Shown here piece by piece: positions 51,380-64,000 of a stretch of DNA of 64,000 nucleotides. Where the stretch lies: assembly GCA_964016885.1 (NCBI GenBank), contig OZ024740.1, positions 237,956,001 through 238,020,000 of the forward strand, read 5' to 3'. The notes beneath the pieces were generated by a model. It made no database searches and was not told the DNA's origin. It saw nothing but the letters and a program-made list of their open reading frames with translations. Origin of the DNA: Eledone cirrhosa. Taxonomy: Eukaryota. The stretch's first letter is position 1; each line of letters begins with the position of its first letter. The position numbers and the translations under genes are program-made.

Positions 51380-51841
51380 AAAGAGAGACAAACACAAATA
51401 TATACATATATGCGTTCAAATCACAAGGAATATAAACTGCCAGGGTGAAGAAAATACTGACTAAAGATAATACGGTTCACAAGACTCAATTAAAATAATA
51501 AATTAAGATTTACAAACTCATTGTGATAACTATCAACATCCAGACAGCTTTGGGTAGAACTGTTTCATAATTCAGTCTTCCAAGGAAATTAGTAGTGGAG
51601 TGATTACTGATCCGAACACCCAATGAAGAGCATAGGATCTTTCACTCTCTCCACTGAATTGTGAAACAATTCTACCCTAAGCTGTCTGACTGTTGATAGT
51701 TATCATAATCGGTTTGTAAATCATAATTTATATTTTTAATTGAGTCTTGTGAATCTTATTATCTTTAATTAGTATTTTCTTCATCCTGGTGGTTTGTGTC
51801 TCTTGTGATTTGAACGCATATATGTATATATCTGTGTTTCT

Positions 51842-51846
<5 letters not shown>
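51380..51846. mobile_element. Older inverted PLE pseudo-LTR pair with decayed hammerhead (51615-51694)
   Basis: 51380-51576 mirrors 51653-51846. AACACCCA-ATGAAGA-GCATA..GAAACA..CTGTC-TG; the minus arm retains GAAACAG..CTGTC-TGGATGTT. Confidence 0.72.
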
Positions 51847-51880
<34 letters not shown>

Positions 51881-52499
51881 CTCGGATTTCTTTGCTAGAG
51901 TGCTTAAATTATGTGTGACTAATCCCGGTATTTTTATAAAAAACCGCGATAATATTGCTTTTTGCTGAACTCCTTATTGTAGAGTTTTTTTCGGAATGTT
52001 TTTGGCTGTTGTTTCTTGTAAACAAACATTCGTCTCATTCTGACGTCACTAGCCATGTCTTTCCTCATGTGCGTTTTTCATAATCACGCATGATGGTGAA
52101 CTAGCCTGTTTTAAAATTCCCTTTTTGGCATATTAATCTGTGAGAATCCTGGTTATCGAGTTGAGCTCTGCTGAGGATTGAATTCCAACCGTGACCATCT
52201 CCACTGAAAGTTTTCATGAAATAGTCTTTAAGACTATACAGAGCATTTGAAATTTTTCCAAATTGAAGGATGAGTATTTTAAACTTTATTTTATCATGAG
52301 TTAAGGCTCTATTGATTTTTCCCTGGATTTCATTAAATTCTGTGGATGAATTTATATCCTGATTCTCTTTGAGATGAGTTTGAATTATTTTTCCCACATC
52401 TTACGTTAACAATTTTTCCTATTTTGACGCTATAGCCACTTATATATTACGGAATGCTGTTGGCTTTTCGCTGCAGTGTTTTCTATACCTTTCATTTAT

Positions 52500-53597
<1,098 letters not shown>

Positions 53598-53683
53598 GGG
53601 AGGATGTCATGATTTTGACACAGCTGAACAGTCTGTATATACATATATATAGCTGAAACCTTCTGTTATTTCTGTTTGCCTTT

Positions 53684-53742
<59 letters not shown>

Positions 53743-53942
53743 CTGCTGGACGCAGGAGCAAAAGGACGTATGTTTTTTCCTGCTGACGGCATATCACAAA
53801 ATCGAATTTCATCTGTGGATACCGTTCTCATAAAAACATCAAATGCATGAATTACATCTTGATTGCATGGAGAACCATTGAAATAATTATAATGAATAAA
53901 TGATTTATGTAACATCAGCATCTTTATTAATGTTATTATTAT

Positions 53943-53994
<52 letters not shown>

Positions 53995-54134
53995 CGGACA
54001 CACACACATAGACACATACATGATGGCTGCCCCTTCGTTATCGAGTATGGCCATTGCATGGTAAAAAAACACATATATATATATATAAACATATACATAT
54101 GTTTACACACACACACACACACGCACACGTATTA

Positions 54135-56140
54135 ATAATTAATGGTACTGCAATCGAATGTGGCTTTTTACCCCAGCCAATGATCGAAAATGTCTTGCAC
54201 AGAGTTGGCAACCATGATAAAAACATTCACTCTGGTAATAGTCGGCTGTGGTTGGTTGTTATGTACTTTTGTATGTCGTTTGATCTACACTCTTTTCTAC
54301 ATGCTTGACAGGTTTGATGAGTAGCATCTCTGACAGCAGCCTGGTAGTTCACCACTGGTCTCACTTTATGACTGCAAAGATGACTTTTGAGTCCAGCTTA
54401 ACTGAGGCAGAGCCTTGCACAGATGCTGCATGTCAGCGCCATAGGAGGACCTTTGCTTCTGGAAATGTAACAGCAATGCCTTTCCTGACATCCCTTTTTA
54501 CTTTCTTGTATGCGATTTGAGATGCTTCAAAAGCAACTTTCCCCTCATGTACAGTCTTTCTCCATCTACTATGATCAGCAGCTATGCTTTCCCATGTATC
54601 AGCAGAAATGTTTGCATCTTTCAAGAAGGCTTTCAACAAATCCTTATACCTCTTTTTTGGTTTATGTGGAGGTCGTTTTCTTTTAACTAACTCTCCATAA
54701 TAGAGTTATTTTGGTATCCTAGAATCCTCTATCCTGGCAAGGTGACCACTCCATCAGAGGCTTTGCTGAAGCGCAAGAGCTTCTATGCTTTCACCCAGAG
54801 AGCTTTCCAAAATCTCAACATCACTGATGTTGTCCCTCCAGTGAATGCCATGGATCCATCTGAGACACATCTGATGGAAATGTTCCAACTGTTTAAGGTG
54901 GTGTCGATATGTGACCCAGATCTCGCAAGTATAAAGAAGAGAAGAGAGCACACATGCCTTGTACACCTTTATCTTTGTCTTCTTGCATATGTCTTGCCAA
55001 ACCCAGAGGTGCCTTTCTAGCTTTCTGAAAGCATCACTTGCTTTCCTAATCTTGTATGGAATTTCATTATCAAGATTTCTGTATCAATTGGCAGTGCTTC
55101 CCAGGTATACAAACTGATTAAACACTCCAAGTCGTTTACCATACACATAGATATTTGGTTCATTGTACTGCTTACCAGGGGCAGGTTGGTACATGATGAC
55201 GGTTTTCTTGAGACTGACAGTCAATCCTAGGGCAGTGCAAGCATCAGAAAATGCATTCAAAATGTGTTGCATATCACTCTCTGTGTGCACAAGATCGCAA
55301 TCATCTGCATACAAAAGGTCTCTTATGATATGGGTAAATACTTTTGTTTTTGCAGCAAAGTGCCTGATGTTAAATATGCTGCCAGAGGTTTGATAGCAGA
55401 TGTAAACACCACGCTTGCAATTCCTGAATGCAATATAGAAAACTATCAGAAAGTATATGACAAATAGGATTGGTGCTAGAATATCCCCCGTTTCACTCCA
55501 TTTTTCACTGAGATAGGTTCTGACATTAACCCAATCAAGGCACTTATCAGAGCAACCAAATTTCTGGAGAGCCTTCTACAATGCATTTCTCTTAACAGTA
55601 TCAAAAGCTTGTGTCAGATCGACAAAAACCTGATACAGATCCAAACTTTGTTTCATGCACTTCTCCTGGAGTTGTCTAGCTGAGAAGATCATATCAGTAG
55701 CGCCACGACCAGCACGAAAATCAGATTGACTTTCAGGAAGAACACAATCTGCAATGTGTGTCAGCAGACGGTCAAGAAACACCTTACATAAATTTTTTCC
55801 TACAACAGAAAGCAATGATATACCCCTATAGTTTCCACAGTCATCCTTGTTACCCTTTCCCTTGTACAAGACCACCATTACTGCATCTCTCCAGTCTTCA
55901 GGTACGGATTCACTAGCCTTTATCTTGCCAAACAAAGAGTGAAGATGTCGCAGAAGTTTCTCACCACCATATTGTAAGAGATCTACATGTATGCCATCCA
56001 TCCCTGGAGACCTTCCACTGTTTAGCTTCAGTGGTTCTGCCAGAGCTACTTTCACAGGTTTTTCAGGGATTAGATTGAGGAAATCCTCATTGACAATGGA
56101 CAGCTGATTCAAAAGTTCATCAAAGTGCTCTCGCCACCTT
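54135..56140 (-). mobile_element. RTE-BovB-like LINE, 5'-truncated, with RT and C-terminal C2H2-like motifs
   Basis: GRSPGMDGI, NYRGISLLS, QSDFRAGRGATDMIFSARQLQEK, VDLTQAFDTV, YADDC and FVYLGS. Confidence 0.92.
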
Positions 56141-56194
56141 CACACATACATACATACAATCATACATATATGCATTCATACATACAAACATACA

Positions 56195-57750
56195 TGACAT
56201 CTACGGACCATTGATGAGGATTTTGCACATCCAGTATCCAAAATATACCTTCAGCTTCATACCCATTGTTATTGGAGCTACAGGTTATATACCAACCCGC
56301 TTGGACCAAAATATGACTGAACTTGGATTTGTAGACAAAGAGCGCAGCTCCCTAATTCATAGACTAAAAATGGCTGTGGAAGTTGGCACCTTCAAAATTT
56401 GTAAAACATTCTTGCGATTCAAAGGATGACAATTTCTTTTCTTTTACAACCTTGCCACCAGGAAGGTGGCCGGTCAAATATGTACTCGAAATTAAGAGAA
56501 AGAGAAACATACATACATACATACATACATACATACATACATACATACATACATGCATACATACATACATACATACATACATACATACATACATACATAC
56601 ATACATGCATACATACATATTACCTACATGATAATCAAAAACTCACACCCAGGGAAATTGCCAGGTAGTGCCGCAGTGTATCCATGGATGAATAATTGTA
56701 TGTTTATCAGCAAAAAATCATGCATGGTTATGTTGCCAGGAAGCTCCAGAAAGACAGTAATATAGATAAGCAAAGTAGTCTATCTTGGACCAACAACCGC
56801 TATATTGGCTCCCACTTTGAAGGATATGCTTTTGCAATCCAAGAACAGGAAATCAATACAGAATACCCGATTCACAAAAGAGATAGGATGCAGGCAAAAC
56901 ACCAAGATGTGACAAGTGCAGACTCTGCAGAATTAACATCGAAGATGTCACCCATATCATAAGCAGCTGTCTAAAGATGTTATCACGGTACTATCTACCT
57001 ATGAGGCATGATGTAGTGGCCAAAACACTGTTCAATGCAATCCGTAGAAAAGATAGCACCAATAATAAACATATTAAAGTTACAGCAATGTGGAAGACAT
57101 ACATATACATAATATGAAAGAGTACTGGTGGAATGTTCCAGTAAAAACCCCAATAAAATGCAGGCATAACAGACCAGATATAATGATATGGGACAGGGAA
57201 AAGAAGGTATACTTAGTAGTGGAAGTTAGCTGCCCAGCAGATGCCAATATAATATCAAAGATCAGCAAAAAGGAGAATATCTATGCAGTACTAATGATAA
57301 ATCTACAGATATTCCACCCTGACTATACCTTCAGATTTATGCCTGTGATTAATGGGGCACTGGGATATGTTAGTAACTGCCTCAATACAAATCTTGAGAA
57401 GCTAGGCTTCACAGGAACAGAAAGAACACAACTAGTTAGGAAATTACAAGTACAATCCATTAATGAAACAGTAAAAATATGTAAAACATTCCAAAAATTC
57501 TGCATCAAATAACTGCATATACACTTGTACAGATACAAAACATATGCACATGAACACATACAACTCAAAACATACCCATCCACACATACAATAACATCCA
57601 TACCTGCACACACATGCATGAATACAGACATGCATACATATCTACCTAGTTGATGTGTAAATTCCAATGAGAAAGTCTTGTATCTATGTTAGAAATCGGC
57701 TCTCTCTCTATTGGCAAAAATTTGTGAAATTATAAAACCAGAAGAACATA
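56195..57750 (+). mobile_element. Two R4/Dong-like 3' fragments, each bounded by (CATA)n
   Basis: FIPIVIGATG..KICKTFL (56195-56506); HFEGYAFAIQEQEINT, RHNRPDIMIWD..VEVSCP and KICKTF (56620-57750). Confidence 0.87.
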
Positions 57751-57764
57751 CATACATATATACA

Positions 57765-58147
57765 TGGTGGCTGCCAACTCGTTTTCGAGTACGGCCACTA
57801 CTTTATATCCATGTAGGAGAACCCCTACCGATGCGCTGTACGAGTGTGACTTTTTAGTCCAGCCAGCGACTTGAAAACTCTGATACAAACACTACAGCTG
57901 TGACAATTATTGACACATAGTGCTGGGCCCATGGTACCATGTGACGACAAGTGCAGAGAGATCTCCAGATATAAAGCAATGCCTGTGCCGTGAAGCTTTT
58001 ATAGTGAGCAAAGGCACTGCACAAAACCAGTCCCACTCTCTTAACCAAGATGATATTTACCAAAAATAAGAACAAGTCAACATCATTGGATACCATCAGA
58101 GTTGCAGGTGTTATATCAGAGTTTTCCTTCTCTTAGAATTCTGCCGT
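57765..58147. mobile_element. Non-coding retroposon-like unit, inverted copy of 61470-61850
   Basis: GGTGGCTGCCAACTCGTTTTCGAGTACGGCCAC... is the reverse complement of 61850 and the sequence to its left. Confidence 0.8.
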
Positions 58148-58909
58148 ACATACATACATACATATATACATACATACATACATATATACATACATACATA
58201 CATACATACATACATTCATACATACAAACATTATAGTATTTTGCAACATCTTATTAACTTTTATAATGTTTTATCAAATTGTCAAGAACATCAATAACAA
58301 GAAGAATATTGTTAAAATTTTATTTTATGAATTTCAACATTTTGTTACATTCTGACAATCATTGTTTTCAGAAATTCTCATATAAAAAAAACTAATGAAA
58401 AGGAAACAAAATATTAATGAATGATAGAAAATATTAGTATGTTGTGATTCTATAAATAATTGTTTCTACTTTTGGCACAAGGACAGCAATTACCCAGTAC
58501 ATTACTGGTACTTCACTTTATCGACCCCGTAAGGATGAAAGGCAAAGTTAACCTCGGCGGGATTTGAACTCAGATCATAAAGGGCCGTAACTCTATGCTG
58601 CAAAGCATGGCGTCAGACCCTAAACAATATGTGGTCTCATTAATGATATATTTTGTTGTTTGAAACAAATGTTTGTTTTCATTATAAAACCAATTAAAAT
58701 TCGCTGCCACAACAAAAATGTCAATAAGTACAAATTATTATACAGTCGACTGTATGTCATCATCATCATCATCATTTAACATCCACTCTCAATGCTAGCA
58801 TGGGTTAGACGGGTTGTCCCATTTGAGGCAAGTTGGGTCTGGTGACAATATCTTGATCATATAGAACCGTTTCTGGCTAGATTTCTACAGTTGGATGCCC
58901 TTCCTAATG

Positions 58910-60143
58910 CCAACCACATTTATAGTGTGTGCTGGGTGCTTTTTGTCATGACTCCTACACCACCATATTTACAGTGTGTGCTGGGTGCTTTTTGTCATGA
59001 CTTCTACACAACCACTTTACAGTGTATGCTGGGTGCTTTTTGTCTTGACTCCTACACAACCACTTTATAGTGTGCGCTGGGTGCTTTTTGTCATGACTTC
59101 TACACAACCACTTTACAGTGTGTGATGGGTGCTTTTTGTCTTGACTTCTACACAACCACTTTACAGTGTATGCTGGGTGCTTTTTGTCATGACTCCTACA
59201 CGACCACTTTATAGTGTGTGCTGGGTGCTTTTTGTCATGACTTCTACACAACCACTTTACAGTGTGTGATGGGTGCTTTTTGTCTTGACTTCTACACAAC
59301 CACTTTACAGTGTATGCTGGGTGCTTTTTGTCATGACTCCTACACGACCACTTTATAGTGTGTGCTGGGTGCTTTTTGTCATGACTTCTACACAACCACT
59401 TTACAGTGTGTGATGGGTGCTTTTTGTCTTGACTTCTACACAACCACTTTACAGTGTATGCTGGGTGCTTTTTGTCATGACTCCTACACGACCACTTTAT
59501 AGTGTGTGCTGGGTGCTTTTTGTCATGACTCCTACACAACCACTTTACAGTGTATGCTGGGTGCTTTTTGTCATGACTCCTACACAACCACTTTACAGTG
59601 TATGCTGGGTGCTTTTTGTCATGACTCCTACACGACCACTTTATAGTGTGCGCTGGGTGCTTTTTGCCATGACTCCTACACAACCACTTTACAGTGTGTG
59701 CTGGGTGCTTTTTGTCTTGACTCCTACACAACCACTTTACAGTGTGTACTGGGTGCTTTTTGTCATGACTTCTACACAACCACTTTACAGTGTATGCTGG
59801 GGCTTTTTGTCATGACTTCTACACAACCACTTTACAGTGTATGCTGGGGCTTTTTGTCATGACTCCTACACAACCACTTTACAGTGTGTGCTGGGTGCTT
59901 TTTGTCATGACTCCTACACAACCACTTTACAGTGTATACTGGGTGCTTTTTGTCTTCACTCCTACACAACCACTTTACAGTGTGTGCTGGGTGCTTTTTG
60001 TCTTCACTCCTACACAACCACTTTACAGTGTGTGCTGGGTGCTTTTTGTCTTCACTCCTACACAACCACTTTACAGGGTGTGCTGGGTGCTTTTTGTCTT
60101 CACTCCTACACAACCACTTTACAGTGTGTGCTGGGTGCTTTTT
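58910..60143. repeat. 48-bp minisatellite, about 25 copies, derived from an RTE-type 3' UTR motif
   Basis: Unit ACAACCACTTTACAGTGTGTGCTGGGTGCTTTTTGTCATGACTCCTAC, abutting an RTE-type tail at 58757-58910. Confidence 0.97.
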
Positions 60144-60412
60144 GTTGTGTCTCCAGCATAATCACCTTACAGGGTAGACTAGTAAATCTGTATACTAAGA
60201 TGCAAGCATAAAACCAAATAATCTTCATGCATATTTTTACATTTTATTTGTAACCTCTTTAAAAACATAAATAAATTGTAGGAAAAGAAATCTTCTTGAG
60301 AATAAAATCCAAGCATCACAATAACATTATAACAACTCAGTAATCAGTGGGGAAAATACTGTGGTGATATATATATATATGAGTTTTACAATATTGCAAC
60401 TAATATATATAT

Positions 60413-60873
60413 CAGGGGCGCAGGGTCCATGCATGCAACGCATGCAGTGCATGCGTTATAGAATCTTGAGTTGATCAATTGCGTCAGTTGAAGCAAGCAG
60501 AATTTTGGCTGCTTACTAAAACGTATAGACACAAAAAAAGATAACACACACATACACACAAACACACGACAGCTTTGGGGAAAGCAGAATTTTGACTGCT
60601 TACTAAATCGTAGACACATAAAAGATAACATACACATACACACATACACATAAAGACATGACAACATTGGGGCAAGCAGAATTTTGACTGCTTACTAAAT
60701 CGTAGACACATAAAAAAATAACACACACACACACACTAGATAACACTACATGCGGCTTTGACCGGGAGGGTCATTTAGAGGGAATTGGGGGGAGGGAGGT
60801 TAAGGCTGCACAGCCCCACTTTCCGGCATGGCGATTGGACTGCATGCCCTGCTTTCCAGGTTACCCTTCGTCA

Positions 60874-60876
<3 letters not shown>
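60413..60876. mobile_element. hAT-like MITE with three internal ~85-bp repeats
   Basis: Imperfect TIRs CAGGGGCGCAGGGT..GCATGCAGT / CAGTGACGAAGGGT..GCATGCAGT; ATATATAT on both sides; AAGCAGAATTTTG.CTGCTTACTAAA three times. Confidence 0.6.
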
Positions 60877-60916
<40 letters not shown>

Positions 60917-61134
60917 GAATAATCGAGTATCGAAAAATCTGCGCACGAGTTCACGATAAACAAAATTCGAAATGAGCGGCAGAGGGCTCAATAATTCAGA
61001 TAAATCAGAGCTATAACTATCGTTAAAATACCGTCACACATAGAACAAGTCTATAATCAACCGTACGACCGAAAAATTGCGATCTGGAAGATTCGGGACA
61101 CTCAGATAAAAAATCAATAAATCAATAAATCAAA

Positions 61135-61241
<107 letters not shown>

Positions 61242-62392
61242 GTCAGGTCACCAGTTGGTGCTACTGGTAACATGTATCCCAGTACAACCTGTCTCATGGT
61301 CGGGTCGTTGGCAACTAAACTGGCAACCCCACCAAGGTTTCTTGGTGAGGAGGGTGACTTTGGACATCCTGCAGGACTAAAAACAAAACCTGTCAAAGGG
61401 CAAAGGAGCTCTTAAGAGTCAATGGCCATCCAAAATCACCGGGAGAGATGACCCCTTAGCCTTTGTCAAGGCAGAATTCTAGGAGAAGGAAAACTCTGAT
61501 ATAACACCTGCAACCCTGATGGTATCCAATGATGTTGACTTGTTCTTCTTTTTGATAAATATCATCTTGGTTAAGAGAGTGGGACTGGCTTTGTGCAGTG
61601 CCTTTGCTCACTATAAAAGCTTCACGGCACAGGCATTGCTTTATATCTGGAGATCTCTCTGCACTTGTCGTCACGTGTTACCATGGGCCTAGCACTATGT
61701 GTCAATAATTGTCACAGGTGTAGTGTTTGTATCAGAGTTTTCAAGTCGCTGGCTGGACTAAAAAGTCACACTCGTTCAGCGCATCGGTAGGGGTTCTCCT
61801 ACATGGATATAAAGTAGTGGCCGTACTCGAAAACGAGTTGGCAGCCACCATATATATATATAATTCGTTTTTGAATTTGTTTTCTTATCAGAAAACGTGT
61901 GTTGAAACATATTGTTATAGTTTGGGAGGGTCATGTTGCCAATAAAACACACACTCCTGGTGGTTTTCGCTTCAATTTATTATAAATTTCCGGTTGGTTC
62001 GATAACCAGAAGTTTGTTTATATATTGTCGAAGCTTTTTTGTCACGCATTCTGTGACCTCCTCAGTGACTAGGTTTTTATTTTGTGTGTCTCTCATTTCT
62101 TCTGTCCTATACCGGGACGTAACGCATGTGCAAACTAAGCACACAACACACAACACACAAAAACAAGATGGTGTAGGACAGAACATGTGTTTTTATTAGC
62201 AATATGACCCTCCCAATGTATAACAATATATATATATATATATTGAATGGTTGAATGGTTCTGAGCTGCTATTTTTGCGGTCTTTTGGTCTATTCACACC
62301 ACCATGGGCTATGGAACACACGTCTTTCCTCTATATATAGGTATTTTCTTAGTTATCTCATATTTTTTTAGAAGTGTTGATCATATTGCTAG

Positions 62393-62476
62393 GCACCCAC
62401 TGATGAGCTACATCTACAATATGGAATCTTCACTTATTATAGTGAAACATACTCTTATTTGAGCATGTCCTGGTGT
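62393..62476 (+). ncRNA. Type I hammerhead motif with extended stem III, intact core
   Basis: GCACCCA-CTGATGA-GCTA...TAGT-GAAACATACTC-TTATTT-GAGCATGTC-CTGGTGT; GUC triplet; stem I partly mismatched. Confidence 0.75.
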
Positions 62477-62809
62477 TATTGTTATAATCGAATGGTTAGC
62501 ATACTTTAGTATATTCATTTTATTGATTTATATTCACGATTCCTTCCGTAGGCAATATGTTCGACACTCTGGTGGTTTTTGATCCCCTATATGTATATAT
62601 ATATATATATCCAATGTAGAAAAGTAACACACGAGTTTATATATATATAAACAAATAGTAGAAAGGAAAAATATTTTTTCAGTAGAAAGATTGATTTATT
62701 TATAAAGAGGATATTTCCACATTTAATAATGGTACCGGTTTCAGCATTATACGCATTGTCAACTGCGGATATGCATAATATGGTTAAGTTCCATATTTAT
62801 ACAAATAAT

Positions 62810-62993
62810 TGTTTCTACTTTTGGCACAAGGCCAGCAATTATCCAGTGTATTACTGATACTTTATTTTATCGACCCTATAAGGATGAAAGGCAAAGTTAA
62901 CCTCGGCTGGATTTGAACTCAGAATGGAAAGGGCCGTAAGTCTTTGCGTCAAAGCATGGCGTCCGACCCTCTACCGATACTACTAATCCACCG
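62810..62993 (-). mobile_element. SINE family 2 full copy with 20-bp TSD
   Basis: TCCATATTTATACAAATAAT at 62790-62809 and 62994-63013. Confidence 0.9.
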
Positions 62994-63284
62994 TCCATAT
63001 TTATACAAATAATAATAATAAAAAGTGGAAGAAAAATTATTATTTTTTACATACATATTTTGAAAGGAGAGTTCATATCTCTGACCGTGTTTGTCCTTCT
63101 TTCTCTGTTAGTTGGCTAACAGAAGTTATATATATAACAGGGTTCTGTAGCTTGTGGAAACATTGTTGAATAGGAAACACAAATCTAAATAATTTTGAAA
63201 ATGAAACAATGCATTAGAAAGAACATTAAATTGCCAAAATTATATATATATATATAAAATTATATATATATATATATATATACA

Positions 63285-63998
63285 GACCGGGTCCGTAAAC
63301 AGCTAATCAACTTCTTCCGGGACTGGGGATTTAAAATCATCCTACAAACGTCCCTAACCCGAGTCAATTTCCTGGACGTTACCCTTAACCTCGAAAATGA
63401 TCTGTACTACCCATACAGGAAACGAAACGACAACCTGCACTACATCCTCCACCGCTCTAACCATCCTAGAAACATCACCAATAACCTGGTTAAAAACATC
63501 TCCCTCCGCATATCTCGTTTGTCCGCTAATGAGCAGATATTCGACGAACATGCGCCTCATTACAACCAGGCCCCCAAGCGGAGTGGCTTCCGGGAGGAAA
63601 TATCCTTTTATCCAGCTTCCCTTAGCGGAACCAGCAGGCGACACCGCCGCTCACGCAACGTAACGTGGTTCAATCCTCCCCATAATGCCGAGGTGGCAAC
63701 ACCTATCGGGAAAATCTTCTTTAGGCTCATCGAAAAACACTTCCCACTACAACACCGCTACCACAGCATAATCAACAAAAACACCATTAAACTCTCTTAC
63801 AGCACCACACCTAACTTCGCACAAAACATCTCCTCAAACAACAAAAAACTTAACCCCTATGGAAGAAACAACCTAGACATTAGTGGAGAGTCGACCAGGA
63901 GGTGTAACTACCCTGATAGATCTACGTGCCCCCTCAACAACAAATGCCGAGAAAGTAATGTGATCTACCAGTGCAACGTGAGGACGGACACCTCCAAC
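63285..63998 (+). mobile_element. Penelope-like element ORF fragment (end of RT, thumb, linker, start of GIY-YIG), open to the window edge
   Basis: Manual translation shows no stop over ~238 codons: VNFLDVTLNL..YRKRND..SNHP..RISRLS..VTWFNPP..IKLSYS..CNYPDRSTCPLNNKCRESNVIYQC. 5'-truncated in (TA)n; absent from the ORF track because it has no start codon. Confidence 0.92.
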
Positions 63999-64000
63999 AA

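Noticed and set aside
58955-59779. 274-aa repetitive ORF (CRSHDKKHPAHTVKWL)n as a protein gene
   Set aside because: It is a by-product of a 48-bp (16-codon) repeat that is open in several frames on both strands; the unit derives from a retroposon UTR.
58910-60143. CRISPR-like array
   Set aside because: There are no unique spacers, the units are contiguous tandem copies, the context is eukaryotic and no cas genes are present.
61245-61400. HDV-like ribozyme at an RTE-like 5' end
   Set aside because: Some pairings exist (GGTCACC/GGTGACT; CTAA then ACTGG) but I could not build a consistent P1/P1.1/P3/L3 double pseudoknot.
62715-62770. Additional hammerhead on the minus strand (TTGACAA..GAAACCGGTA)
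   Set aside because: The core has multiple changes and stems I and II do not pair; too decayed to call.

Overview
AT-rich, microsatellite-dense eukaryotic DNA made almost entirely of transposable-element debris. I could not support any host protein-coding exon. The composition and SINE types resemble coleoid cephalopod (Octopus-like) intronic or intergenic DNA, but this is inference only. The window holds decayed non-LTR retrotransposons of three clades (Tx1/L1, RTE, R4/Dong-like), at least two tRNA-derived SINE families, several MITEs, and many Penelope-like element (PLE) remnants lodged in (TA)n tracts. Five signals stand out: (i) about 14 type I hammerhead ribozyme (HHR) motifs from several unrelated sequence families, often in inverted fold-back pairs, including a spacerless ~2 kb palindrome; (ii) apparent partitioning of simple-repeat targets among retroelements: PLEs in (TA)n, an R4-like family in (CATA)n, and a SINE plus a Tx1 LINE at ATTATT sharing the 3' end AGAAACC(ATT)n; (iii) a twin-priming-type 5' inversion in an RTE copy with an 11-bp TSD; (iv) a 48-bp minisatellite with a 144-bp higher-order repeat born from an RTE-type 3' UTR; (v) an open PLE RT-thumb/linker/GIY-YIG frame at the right edge that the ORF track missed. 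All coordinates were read by eye and boundaries are approximate unless a TSD or TIR is quoted.
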